Positions 36,921 to 46,004 of a stretch of 64,000 bases of DNA are shown piece by piece (the stretch's first letter is position 1; each line of letters opens with the position of its first letter). This stretch comes from Acutalibacteraceae bacterium. Its GTDB lineage: Bacteria > Actinomycetota > Coriobacteriia > Coriobacteriales > QAMH01. The stretch covers positions 6,751 to 70,750 of the forward strand of contig CAVDAL010000120.1 of NCBI GenBank assembly GCA_963606965.1, given 5' to 3'. The notes beneath the pieces are model-generated. The model made no database searches and was not told where the DNA came from. It saw nothing but the letters and a program-made list of their open reading frames with translations. A program made the position numbers and the translations under genes.

Positions 36921-39203
36921 TTACTCCTCCCCTTCTGTTGTCGTATCTTCTTCGTCATATGTTGTGCCATTATCTGTGGCTGTACCATCTTCAGAAGTAG
37001 CTTCTTCGTCAGTTGTTGTATCGCCACTTAAGCCATATGCTGACTGGTAATATTCCCAAACCTGATCAAAATAAAGGTCTGGATTTTCAACGCCATAATT
37101 TGTTATAAATGTATCAGGATCATTGTTATATTCCTGATACATGCCCATATAGCTTGAAAGATATGTTGAAAAATCAATTCCTAAAGTTGACCAATCATGT
37201 TCTGCAAATGAAGCAGATGCTGTTGGAATACTCTTAACAGTATCTTCATCTTCAGCAATAGCTTGAGCTGCATATCCAAAACTGCCAAATATCAAAACTA
37301 AAGAAATTACAATACCAACAATGCATACCTTTTTCTCGCCAAAAATGTCTTGCATATACCAGTTGCGCTGTGTTGCAAAAGATTCATTTCCAAGCGAATC
37401 AAGATAGCTGCGTTCTTGTGAATCAATTCCAACACCTGACATATAAACAGGAACAATGCGCTTTTTTGTCAAGCCTGTAAAGCCAAGGAAGACAATTGCA
37501 ATAACCAAAGCAATGACAGCCATAATCCACAAATTGCTGCTAGAAATAAGTGCTCCTGCAGTTCCAAATACAGTTTCAAGATATGGCTCAACAACTGCAT
37601 TTGAAATCAATGGGAATGCTAAGCAGCAGCCCACAGTCAAAATAACCATCAAGCCTAAAGAAGCCCATTCGCTGCGATGAACAGTTAACTCAAGATTTTC
37701 TTGGTCGCTATTTGCAATAGCTAAAATCTTACCAAGCCACTTTGCCCAAAATGCGAATGTTGCAGCTGAGCCAAAAGCAAGCAAGATGAGCAATATGATA
37801 TTTGATGATGAAGCAAAAGCTTCCAGTGCTGCCCATTTTGAAATGAGCATGCCAAATGGAGCAATAAACATTCCAAGAATGCCAATTGCCATAAAGCGAG
37901 CGAGCATTGGCATGCGTTCGAAAAGATCGTCCATATCTTCAATGTCGCGGCTGCCAATATGATGTTCAGCAGTACCAACACACAAGAAGAGCAATGACTT
38001 AGCAGCTGCATGGAAGATGAGCAAGAAAATTGCTGCCCAAATTGCACCAGCTGTTCCAACGCCTGCACATGCAGTAATTAAGCCAAGGTTTGAAATTGTT
38101 GAATATGCCAAAACTCTTTTTGCATTTGTTTGGCTGATAGCAGCCATTGCACAGAACAAGAATGTGACAATACCAACAAGCATAACGACTCCGCCTGGCA
38201 AGTTAAAGCCAAAGCAAGGAGCAAGCTTGATTAACAAGAATACACCAGCCTTAACCATTGTTGATGAATGCAAAAGAGCTGATGTTGGAGTTGGTGCAAC
38301 CATTGCGCCAAGAAGCCAACTTTGGAATGGCATTTGTGCTGCTTTTGTAAAACCAGCAAGTGCCAAACAAAGCAATGGCACATATGTCAGAATTTCAAGA
38401 TTGCTGCTTGCAAAATTCTGAACAGAAGTCAGGAATGCATCAAATTCAAGCGTGCCAAAGAATATACCGGTCCAAACAAGAGCTACAGCAAATCCAAGAC
38501 CGCCCAAAAGATTTAAAACAATCTGGCGGAATGAATTGTCGATTGCTTCTTGCGTGCGCGTATAACCAATTAACGCAAATGAGCAAACTGTTGTGACTTC
38601 CCACGCACAAAACATCCATGTCATGCTATTGCTGAACACGATTGCAAACATTGCACCAAGGAATGCAAACATGATTGCAAAGAAGATGTTTCTGCGATCT
38701 TTTCCAGGATTATGTTCTTCATGCACGCGCATATAACCAAGTGCATAAACACAAATCCCAGAACCAATAATGCCGATAATCAATGCCATAATTATGCTTA
38801 GATTATCAATGTAAAGTGCAGTTGTGATTTCAATATCATGTGCAATAAAGAGGTCGAACCAGACCACGAGCACTAATTGAACAACTGCCAAAACGATGGC
38901 AATGTACTTTTTGTACTTGATGCCCTTGCCAATTATATAAATAGCAAGTAAAACATCAATGCCTAAACTTACCCAGGTAATTACTTGGACAACTTGAGCG
39001 CTTAAGGCTACTCCAATGCTTGCTTCACTGCATTGCGGCAAAAATTCTATTGCACAAAAGATTGCTGCAACTGCAGTTAACAATGCGCCTATGACAGTGA
39101 TGTACGAACGAGCAGAATCGTTGCGAATCAACAGAAGCAAAAGCGCGATGAGCATTGGGAATAAAATAAGAAAGCCTATTAAGCTAAGAGCTAGAGTTTC
39201 CAA
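36921..39203 (-). CDS. echA: Ech-type hydrogenase membrane subunit A (NuoL/HycC antiporter-like)
   Basis: This large polytopic protein has Mrp/NuoL-type blocks (WLLGAMVAPTPTSALLHSSTMVKAG). The TTG at 39203 is preceded by GGAAAGGGGG plus 5 nt. The ORF-track TTG at 39242 has no Shine-Dalgarno sequence. The C-terminal 130 aa or so are hydrophilic and Asp/Glu/Thr-rich. Confidence 0.85.
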   Translation of the reverse strand: METLALSLIGFLILFPMLIALLLLLIRNDSARSYITVIGALLTAVAAIFCAIEFLPQCSEASIGVALSAQVVQVITWVSLGIDVLLAIYIIGKGIKYKKYIAIVLAVVQLVLVVWFDLFIAHDIEITTALYIDNLSIIMALIIGIIGSGICVYALGYMRVHEEHNPGKDRRNIFFAIMFAFLGAMFAIVFSNSMTWMFCAWEVTTVCSFALIGYTRTQEAIDNSFRQIVLNLLGGLGFAVALVWTGIFFGTLEFDAFLTSVQNFASSNLEILTYVPLLCLALAGFTKAAQMPFQSWLLGAMVAPTPTSALLHSSTMVKAGVFLLIKLAPCFGFNLPGGVVMLVGIVTFLFCAMAAISQTNAKRVLAYSTISNLGLITACAGVGTAGAIWAAIFLLIFHAAAKSLLFLCVGTAEHHIGSRDIEDMDDLFERMPMLARFMAIGILGMFIAPFGMLISKWAALEAFASSSNIILLILLAFGSAATFAFWAKWLGKILAIANSDQENLELTVHRSEWASLGLMVILTVGCCLAFPLISNAVVEPYLETVFGTAGALISSSNLWIMAVIALVIAIVFLGFTGLTKKRIVPVYMSGVGIDSQERSYLDSLGNESFATQRNWYMQDIFGEKKVCIVGIVISLVLIFGSFGYAAQAIAEDEDTVKSIPTASASFAEHDWSTLGIDFSTYLSSYMGMYQEYNNDPDTFITNYGVENPDLYFDQVWEYYQSAYGLSGDTTTDEEATSEDGTATDNGTTYDEEDTTTEGEE

Positions 39204-39323
39204 TCTTACCCCCTTTCCACGAAGAAAGATTTCATCTCGCAAATAATCATAGCGATTATTCTTTTCAGAAATCCCCTCTTATATGGGGCAATTCGCTTAA
39301 ACGCAAGTAGTATTCGAGGAGTG

Positions 39324-39845
39324 CTATTCCAATCCAAAAAAGTCAAGCTGGCGCATTGCTTCAAAAAGCACAATATTTGCTGCATTGCTCAAATTCAAAG
39401 AAACAGCATCTGGGTCTGTTGGGTCTGAAAGCGGACCGTGACCTTGAGTTGCAGGTGTTAAGCCTTCGCGTTCATACATTGGAATTCTTATACAACTATC
39501 TTTGTGTGCATGCAAAATATCTTCATCAATTCCTTGAGATTCTTTGCCAAAAATAAGAAAGTCTTCATCTTTAAATTCAACTTTATGATATGGATGATGA
39601 GCCTTCTTTGTACAAAACCACATGCGCGCACCTTCATGTTGCTGCATAAAGTCTTCAAAATCTTCATAGACACGCAAGTCAATATCGTGCCAATAGCCCA
39701 TCCCACTACGGCGAATCATCTTGTCGTCAAGCTGAAAACCAAGAGGCTTTATTAAATGCAGGCGCGTTCCAGTCAAAACACAAGACCTTCCAATTGTTCC
39801 TGTATTAGCAGGGATTTCTGGTTCAAGCAAAACAAGATGTAGCAT
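39324..39845 (-). CDS. trmL: tRNA (cytidine/uridine-34-2'-O)-methyltransferase TrmL (SpoU family)
   Basis: The N-terminus LLEPEIPANTGTIGRSC and the C-terminal SLNLSNAANIVLFEA are SPOUT-knot motifs. The ORF is 173 aa. Confidence 0.8.
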   Translation of the reverse strand: MLHLVLLEPEIPANTGTIGRSCVLTGTRLHLIKPLGFQLDDKMIRRSGMGYWHDIDLRVYEDFEDFMQQHEGARMWFCTKKAHHPYHKVEFKDEDFLIFGKESQGIDEDILHAHKDSCIRIPMYEREGLTPATQGHGPLSDPTDPDAVSLNLSNAANIVLFEAMRQLDFFGLE

Positions 39846-40019
39846 TTTTGATTCCTTTTAAATTATGGATAGATAAATATTCGACCACATACTATATGAA
39901 TTCATTCACGGCTAGCTTTGAGCATTTATGAAAATTTTTTGTAACAGTTTCTAAAAATCGTGTAAAAGATTAAAAATTTACGTTACCCTAAAGAGGCAGA
40001 CTTAAACTTGAGGAGGTTT

Positions 40020-42122
40020 ATGGAAGTCTTAGAGTTCGTCTTATTATTATTAGCAGCCGTTTTGGTTTCATCAGCGCTAGATCAAGCGCTTTCAAGAGTT
40101 TCACTACCACTTGTACAAATCGCCCTTGGCATCTTAATCGCTCTTTTATGGCCAAGCACTTTTGAAACAACTTTAGAGCCTGAGCTTTTCTTAGTTTTAT
40201 TTGTTGCTCCACTTTTATATGATGAAACACGGCAAGCAGATAAATTATCACTTTGGGAAAATAAATTTAGTATCCTGTCCCTTGCAATTGGTCTTGTAAT
40301 TGTCAGCCTGTTAGCTGTTGGTTTCTTACTAAATTGGGTTGAGCCATCAATCCCGCTTGCTGCTGCATTTGCTTTGGGTGCTGCGTTAGGCCCAACAGAT
40401 GCTGTTGCTGTTGGCGCGCTTTCAAAAGACATGAAAGTCACCGACAGACAACAAGCTATGCTTTCAGGTGAAGCTTTAATAAATGATGCATCAGGCGTTG
40501 TTTCATTCCAATTTGCATGCGCAGCTGTAACAACAAGCGCTTTTAGCTTGGTCGATGCAACAAAATCATTTTGTATTTCATTTTTTGGCGGAATTTTATG
40601 CGGCTTAATTTTAGGTTTTGCAATAAGATTCATCAAACGCTTTTTGCAAGAACATGGCTTGGAAAGCACAATGCTTCATGTTGTCTTCGATGTTTTGTCA
40701 CCATTTGTAATTTTCATTCTTGCAGAACATTATTCAATTAGCGGAATCATAGCTGTTGTTGTTGCTGGTCTTGCTATTAATATTAATTCAACAAAGCTTT
40801 CAACATCAACAGCAAGAGTAAATATAATCTCTTCAAGCGTTTGGGAAGTTTTAGTCTTTGTAATCAATGGCTTTGTTTTTGTTTTGCTTGGAATGCAACT
40901 GCCAAAATCAATTTCTCCAAGTTGGAAAGATGATGCATTCACATCAGAACAGCTTATCGGCCTTGTATTTTTGATTACATTTATAATGCTTGCCGTAAGA
41001 TTTATTTGGCTTTTAGTTTTGGAACGTAGCGCAAACAAACGACAAGCCGACGGCGAAAATAAAAGCAAGAAAAAAATTATAAAAGATGCACTTGCAACAA
41101 CAATTGCAGGCCCAAAAGGCGCTGTTACATTATCAATTATTTTATCTATTCCGCTCTATTTACGCGATGGTTCAGACTTCCCTGGCCGCGACACATTAAT
41201 CTTCCTTGCCTCTGGTGTTATTTTATTGACCCTTTTGATAGCAAACTTTGCCCTTCCCTTCATTGCTCCAAAGCAAGATAAGCATGAAGAAAGAATGCGC
41301 ATGCGCGATGCAAGCATAAAAATAATTTTACATGTTTGCTCTGAATTGCAAAAAATTCGCAATGAAGAAAACAAAGCAGCTATTAGCAAAGTTATAAAAC
41401 AATATCGCGAACGAATGAAACGCATTCGTTCAAACCAAGTTGACGATGATTATGTTCAACAGTTAAGAATTGAAGTTTTAGCTATTCAAAGCGAATTTGT
41501 TCATGAAGCAATTATTGATAATAAAGTCTCACATGAAGCAGGTCAACAATATGCTTCTCAGCTTAAGCACATTCGCAAGATGGCAATGCAAGGTAATGAT
41601 GTTTCTGCATTGATGGCTAACCCCTGGAGACGCCCTTGGGTAATATTCTTGCCTCGTTCTCTTCAAAAAATTGCCAACAAAATTGGCTTAGATGTTAAGG
41701 AAGTCAAATTTAAAAATGATGCACGATATCTAATTTTGGAATGTACTAAAAAAGCTTGTGAATATCTTGAAGAAAAAACAAAAGATTGGGATAAAGAAGT
41801 TGCAAGAGCTGCATCTTTGTTGCTTATCAACCAAAAACAGGCTTATGCAGAATTAACAAAGCGCTTTGAAGAAAAAGGAACAGAAAGCTTCTTCGGCCCA
41901 AAGACAGAACCAATTATCAATATTGAAAAGCCTTTGGAAGTTTTGCAAGAACAAGACACATATGAAGACATTCACTTGCCAGAAGTTCAAGCTCTAGCTT
42001 TTCAATTTGAATTGGAAGAAATTCAAAATATGCGCGAAAAAGGAGCAATTTCAAAAGAGATGGCACGAACATTGCGCGAAGATGTTTACTTGCTGCAGCT
42101 AGACCAAGCAGAAGCTTTATAG
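40020..42122 (+). CDS. CPA1-family Na+(K+)/H+ exchanger with long cytoplasmic C-terminal domain
   Basis: The ATG at 40020 is preceded by GAGGAGG. The N-terminal 410 aa or so are polytopic (LGPTDAVAV, GEALINDASGVV). The C-terminal 290 aa or so are hydrophilic and helical. Confidence 0.8.
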   Translation: MEVLEFVLLLLAAVLVSSALDQALSRVSLPLVQIALGILIALLWPSTFETTLEPELFLVLFVAPLLYDETRQADKLSLWENKFSILSLAIGLVIVSLLAVGFLLNWVEPSIPLAAAFALGAALGPTDAVAVGALSKDMKVTDRQQAMLSGEALINDASGVVSFQFACAAVTTSAFSLVDATKSFCISFFGGILCGLILGFAIRFIKRFLQEHGLESTMLHVVFDVLSPFVIFILAEHYSISGIIAVVVAGLAININSTKLSTSTARVNIISSSVWEVLVFVINGFVFVLLGMQLPKSISPSWKDDAFTSEQLIGLVFLITFIMLAVRFIWLLVLERSANKRQADGENKSKKKIIKDALATTIAGPKGAVTLSIILSIPLYLRDGSDFPGRDTLIFLASGVILLTLLIANFALPFIAPKQDKHEERMRMRDASIKIILHVCSELQKIRNEENKAAISKVIKQYRERMKRIRSNQVDDDYVQQLRIEVLAIQSEFVHEAIIDNKVSHEAGQQYASQLKHIRKMAMQGNDVSALMANPWRRPWVIFLPRSLQKIANKIGLDVKEVKFKNDARYLILECTKKACEYLEEKTKDWDKEVARAASLLLINQKQAYAELTKRFEEKGTESFFGPKTEPIINIEKPLEVLQEQDTYEDIHLPEVQALAFQFELEEIQNMREKGAISKEMARTLREDVYLLQLDQAEAL

Positions 42123-42126
42123 ATAA

Positions 42127-42158
42127 AAAATGGGCTCCTAATTTTAGGAGCCCATTTT
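42127..42158. terminator. Bidirectional intrinsic terminator (nhaP-like / csp)
   Basis: The near-perfect palindrome AAAATGGGCTCCTA-ATTT-TAGGAGCCCATTTT has A/T runs on both sides. Confidence 0.8.
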
Positions 42159-42184
42159 AATTAGCGAAAGTTTTGGAGCTTTTG

Positions 42185-42388
42185 CTAAATTCGAACGACA
42201 TTGCTTGCTTGAAGCTTGCCATTCTGGCCCGTGGTTATTTCGAACTGAACCTTATCGTCTTGGTTCAGAGTTTTGAAACCGTCCATCTTAATCTCTGAAA
42301 AGTGAACGAAAAGATCGTCACCATCTTCGCGTGAGATAAACCCGTAACCCTTATCTGGGTTAAACCACTTGACAATTCCTTCTGCCAT
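42185..42388 (-). CDS. cspA: Cold-shock protein, CspA family
   Basis: The 67-aa ORF has RNP1 (KGYGFI) and RNP2 (LFVHFS) motifs. Confidence 0.95.
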   Translation of the reverse strand: MAEGIVKWFNPDKGYGFISREDGDDLFVHFSEIKMDGFKTLNQDDKVQFEITTGQNGKLQASNVVRI

Positions 42389-42548
42389 ACCTTACTGCCT
42401 TTCAAATTTGTTGTGCACAACCGCCAACATTAGACCCTCTTCTATCTTCGCAGCTAATGTTGAAAGAGCGTTTAAAAAAACACCGTGGTAAATATTACGC
42501 TTTTAAAAAGAAAATATGCACTACAGAAGCAAAAAAATTTAAAATTTT

Positions 42549-42579
42549 TAAAAGAAAAGAGCATCATTTCTGATGCCCT
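42549..42579 (-). terminator. Intrinsic terminator after the AGCS transporter gene
   Basis: On the minus strand GGGCATCA-GAAA-TGATGCTC is followed by TTTTCTTTT. Confidence 0.7.
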
Positions 42580-42613
42580 TTGTCTTTATACCGTAAAATT
42601 GATAAACAGCAGA

Positions 42614-44104
42614 CTAATCTATGTCATCTACATAAGGAATTATATCATCACACTTTTCATCCAAATTGCCATCATATACATAATGATTTGTTTCTTTAGC
42701 AATAACTCTAGACAGTGCCCAAATAGCAATGCAGTTTGGAATTGCCATCAAACCATTCATGATATCTGCAAAATCCCAAGCCAAGTTTGCAATCAAAGCA
42801 CTGCCGCCTATTGCTCCCAAGAAAATAAATAGGAGGAATAATGCTTGATATGGTTTAACGGCCTTTTCACCAAACAGATATGTAACAACGCGGTTGCCAT
42901 ACCAGCTCCATCCAAGCATTGTTGTAAAGCTAAATAAGCACATGCCAACAATCAAAACAATTGGACCGAAAACTGGAATTTCATTAAATGCAGCAACAGT
43001 AAGTTTTAAGCCTTTAGCAAAGCCGCCAGCTGCAACAATTGTATCTGAATCCCATCCAGCCAAAACACCTTGGTTTGTAATTTGATATGCAACAGACAAA
43101 TCTGGATTTGCAAGAATTGCTGTAACCAAAGTCAAACCTGTAACAAGGCAGATAACAACTGTATCCCAAAAAACACCAGTCATTGAAACTAAAGCTTGGC
43201 GAGCAGGATTGCGGCATGTTGCATTTGCATCTACCAATGGAGCAGAACCAAGACCAGCTTCATTTGAAAAAAGGCCGCGAGCAGCACCAAAGCGCAAAGC
43301 AGAAGCAACAGCAAAGCCAACACCGCCGCCAACCATAGCTTTTGGAGTAAATGCGCAAACAACAATCCACTTAATTGCATCAAGCAGATAAGCACCATTA
43401 ATTCCAATGATAATAATGCAGCAAACAACATAAAAGATTGCCATGAATGGAACTAATTTTTCGCAAACTTTTGAAAGTGAATTCAAACCGCCAAAAATAA
43501 TTATGCCAACCAAAATAGCAGCAATTAAACCAATAACCCAAATTGGAACATTTGGAAGATATTCATTAATAATTCCGCATGTTGAATTTGACTGAACAGC
43601 GCCGCCAATTCCAAAGGTAGCAATAGCAGCAAAAAGTGCAAACAAAAATGCTGTGACTTTTGCCCATGTCTTGCCTTTAAAGCCGCGCCTTAAAGCATAC
43701 ATAGCGCCACCAAGCATCTGGCCAGTTCTGTCCTTCACGCGATATTTAACAGAGATAAATGATTCAGCATATTTTGTAGCTATGCCCAAAATACCAATAA
43801 TCCACATCCAAAAGATAGCGCCAACACCGCCACTAATGATTGCTGTTGCAACACCAATAATATTGCCAGTGCCAACTGTTGCAGACAATGCAGTTGTCAA
43901 AGCAGCAAATGGGCTTACATCGCCTTCAGAATCTGGATCCTTTGTAAAGGAAAGCTTAATTCCTGTGAAAATCTTACGTTGAATCCCTTTTGTGCGAATT
44001 GTCATAAAAAGATGGGTACCGACCAAAATGATAATAAGAGGAAGACCCCAAAGCCAACCATCTATTGCTGTGATTACCCCATAAATAGAATTAAGAACTT
44101 CCAT
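42614..44104 (-). CDS. Alanine/glycine:cation symporter (AGCS family)
   Basis: The polytopic ORF has AGCS blocks (SPFAALTTALSATVGTGNI, FSNEAGLGSAP). The ATG at 44104 is preceded by GAAAGGGG. The 40-codon ORF-track extension covers the riboswitch. Confidence 0.9.
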   Translation of the reverse strand: MEVLNSIYGVITAIDGWLWGLPLIIILVGTHLFMTIRTKGIQRKIFTGIKLSFTKDPDSEGDVSPFAALTTALSATVGTGNIIGVATAIISGGVGAIFWMWIIGILGIATKYAESFISVKYRVKDRTGQMLGGAMYALRRGFKGKTWAKVTAFLFALFAAIATFGIGGAVQSNSTCGIINEYLPNVPIWVIGLIAAILVGIIIFGGLNSLSKVCEKLVPFMAIFYVVCCIIIIGINGAYLLDAIKWIVVCAFTPKAMVGGGVGFAVASALRFGAARGLFSNEAGLGSAPLVDANATCRNPARQALVSMTGVFWDTVVICLVTGLTLVTAILANPDLSVAYQITNQGVLAGWDSDTIVAAGGFAKGLKLTVAAFNEIPVFGPIVLIVGMCLFSFTTMLGWSWYGNRVVTYLFGEKAVKPYQALFLLFIFLGAIGGSALIANLAWDFADIMNGLMAIPNCIAIWALSRVIAKETNHYVYDGNLDEKCDDIIPYVDDID

Positions 44105-44240
44105 AATACCCCTTTCTGTCCTTTTGCCTGAGAGATCACCAAGCATGCTTGCTTGGCTTACACCTTCGGCGTTCTCTAAATTTTTGAGAAGCTCTCCAGA
44201 AATAAAAGCTCGATTTTGCTTCATCGAGCCTCTCTATAAT
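44105..44240 (-). promoter_or_regulatory. Glycine riboswitch (single aptamer with 5' hairpin)
   Basis: The minus strand reads TTCTGGAGAGCTTCTC...AGAGAACGCCGAAGGTGTAAGCCAAGCA-AGCA-TGCTTGGTGATCTCTCAGGCAAAAGGACAGAA. It contains the conserved blocks GGAGAG, CGCCGAAGG and CUCAGGCAAAAGGAC. The hairpin GCTCGAT-GAAGCAAA-ATCGAGC precedes it. Confidence 0.8.
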
Positions 44241-44285
44241 ACGGTTTTTACTTATGGAGTTTTTATAGAAATGTATCTTTATAAG

Positions 44286-45041
44286 CTAAACGGCAAGCTC
44301 AAGTGCTATTGGACAGTGGTCGCTTCCAAAGATATCATCGCAGATTTCAACATTTTTGATGCTGTCTTTTAATGATTCGCTCACCAAAAAATAGTCAATG
44401 CGCCATCCAACATTGCGCTGTCTTGCGCCGCCACGATAACTCCACCATGAATATTTGTCGCATGTTTCAGGGTTAATAAAACGCCATGTGTCAATGAAAC
44501 CAGCAGATAAAAGCTGCGTCATTTTCCCGCGCTCTTCATCTGAAAATCCAGCATTGCCTATGTTTTGTTTTGGCCTTGCAAGGTCAATTTCTTCATGAGC
44601 AACATTCATATCGCCACAAACGACAACGCCCTTTTTCTTTGAAAGTTCGCACAAGAATTTGCGGAATTCATCTTCAAATTCACACCTAAAATCTATCCTT
44701 GCAAGTTCATTTTGAGCGTTTGGAGTATAAACACAAACAAAGAAGAAATTGTCGAATTCTAATGTTGTAACTCTGCCTTCCGCATCGAACTTTTCAACGC
44801 CTATTCCATGCATAACATTTAAAGGTTCGCGCTTTGAAAAAACAGCCGTACCAGAATACCCAGGCTTTATTGCATAGCTCCAGTAATCAAAATAATCTCC
44901 AAAATCAATAGGGTTTTGACCTTCTTGAAGCTTTGTTTCTTGGATTGCAAATATGTCTGCGTCAAAGTCATCGAAAATCTTTGCAAAGCCTTTTTTTGCA
45001 ATTGCTCGCAAGCCATTAACATTCCATGATACAAATTTCAT
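44286..45041 (-). CDS. xth: Exodeoxyribonuclease III
   Basis: The N-terminus is MKFVSWNVNGLRA. EEP-fold blocks include QETK, GDMNVAH and a C-terminal SDHCP. Confidence 0.9.
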   Translation of the reverse strand: MKFVSWNVNGLRAIAKKGFAKIFDDFDADIFAIQETKLQEGQNPIDFGDYFDYWSYAIKPGYSGTAVFSKREPLNVMHGIGVEKFDAEGRVTTLEFDNFFFVCVYTPNAQNELARIDFRCEFEDEFRKFLCELSKKKGVVVCGDMNVAHEEIDLARPKQNIGNAGFSDEERGKMTQLLSAGFIDTWRFINPETCDKYSWWSYRGGARQRNVGWRIDYFLVSESLKDSIKNVEICDDIFGSDHCPIALELAV

Positions 45042-45074
45042 TGCTCTACCCTTCTTTGCTTCCTTACCGCTATA

Positions 45075-45902
45075 TTAACGCTGCCCAAGTTCCCAAAAAG
45101 CAATAGCTGCACAAGCTGCAACATTAAGCGAATCCACTCCATGACCCATTGGTATTTTTACTACATAATCACACAGTTGTATAGTCTGCGGCTTTAAACC
45201 ATAACCTTCAGCGCCAAACAAAAGTGCAAGCTTTTCTTCATTCTTTAATGCAACATCATCGATAGAAATTGAATTATCTTCCAACGCCATAGCGGCTGTT
45301 TTAAAGCCATGCTCTTTTAGTTGTAAAAAACTAGGCAGCGGCCAATCAGCTGTAGATGTGCCAATGCGCGTCCATGGAATTTGAAAAACTGAACCCATAG
45401 AAACTCTTGCAGCTCGTCTAAAAAGCGGGTCGCAACATGTTGGAGAAAGAAGCAACGCATCCATATTTAAAGCAGCTGCTGCACGAAAAATAGAACCAAT
45501 ATTTGTATGATTGTTCACATCTTCGATTAAACCAATTCTTTTTGCTCCGCGCAAAACTTCATCAATACTTTTCATCTTTGGTCTGCGCATTGCGCCTAAA
45601 ACACCGCGCGTCAATTTATAACCAGTAAGATCAGTCAAAATTCCACGCGGACCCACATAACATGGAATATCAGGACATCTTTCAATAATTTCTGCAGCGT
45701 CACTATATGCATGTTTTTCTTCCATCAAAAAAGCAATAGGTTCAATTCCAGCATTCATTGCACGCGTTATAACCTTTGGACTTTCAGCAATAAATAAGCC
45801 TTTTTCAGGTTCAAGTTTATTGCGAAGTTGAGGTTCTGTAAGATGGATAAACATCTCTACGCGCGGGTCATCTGCCGACTCTATTTCAATGATATTTGAC
45901 AT
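45075..45902 (-). CDS. TrmH/SpoU-family RNA 2'-O-methyltransferase
   Basis: The C-terminal SPOUT motifs are NIGSIFRAAAA, LLFGAEGYGL and SLNVAACAAIAFWE. The substrate cannot be assigned. Confidence 0.8.
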   Translation of the reverse strand: MSNIIEIESADDPRVEMFIHLTEPQLRNKLEPEKGLFIAESPKVITRAMNAGIEPIAFLMEEKHAYSDAAEIIERCPDIPCYVGPRGILTDLTGYKLTRGVLGAMRRPKMKSIDEVLRGAKRIGLIEDVNNHTNIGSIFRAAAALNMDALLLSPTCCDPLFRRAARVSMGSVFQIPWTRIGTSTADWPLPSFLQLKEHGFKTAAMALEDNSISIDDVALKNEEKLALLFGAEGYGLKPQTIQLCDYVVKIPMGHGVDSLNVAACAAIAFWELGQR

Positions 45903-45944
45903 AAAACTGTATTGCTTTCTTGAATGTTATTAACAAATTGTTGT

Positions 45945-45985
45945 AGAGAAAAGCCGCCTTGCACTCCTGTGTAGCGCAAGGCGGC
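45945..45985 (-). terminator. Intrinsic terminator after rubrerythrin
   Basis: On the minus strand GCCGCCTTGCG-CTACACAGGAG-TGCAAGGCGGC is followed by TTTTCTCT. Confidence 0.7.
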
Positions 45986-46004
45986 CTAAAGTCAAAATTA
46001 AAAA

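Noticed and set aside
40082-40669. A 195-aa minus-strand ORF antisense to the Na+/H+ exchanger gene.
   Set aside because: It is a shadow ORF. The plus-strand product has coherent TM helices and family motifs, and the antisense one does not.
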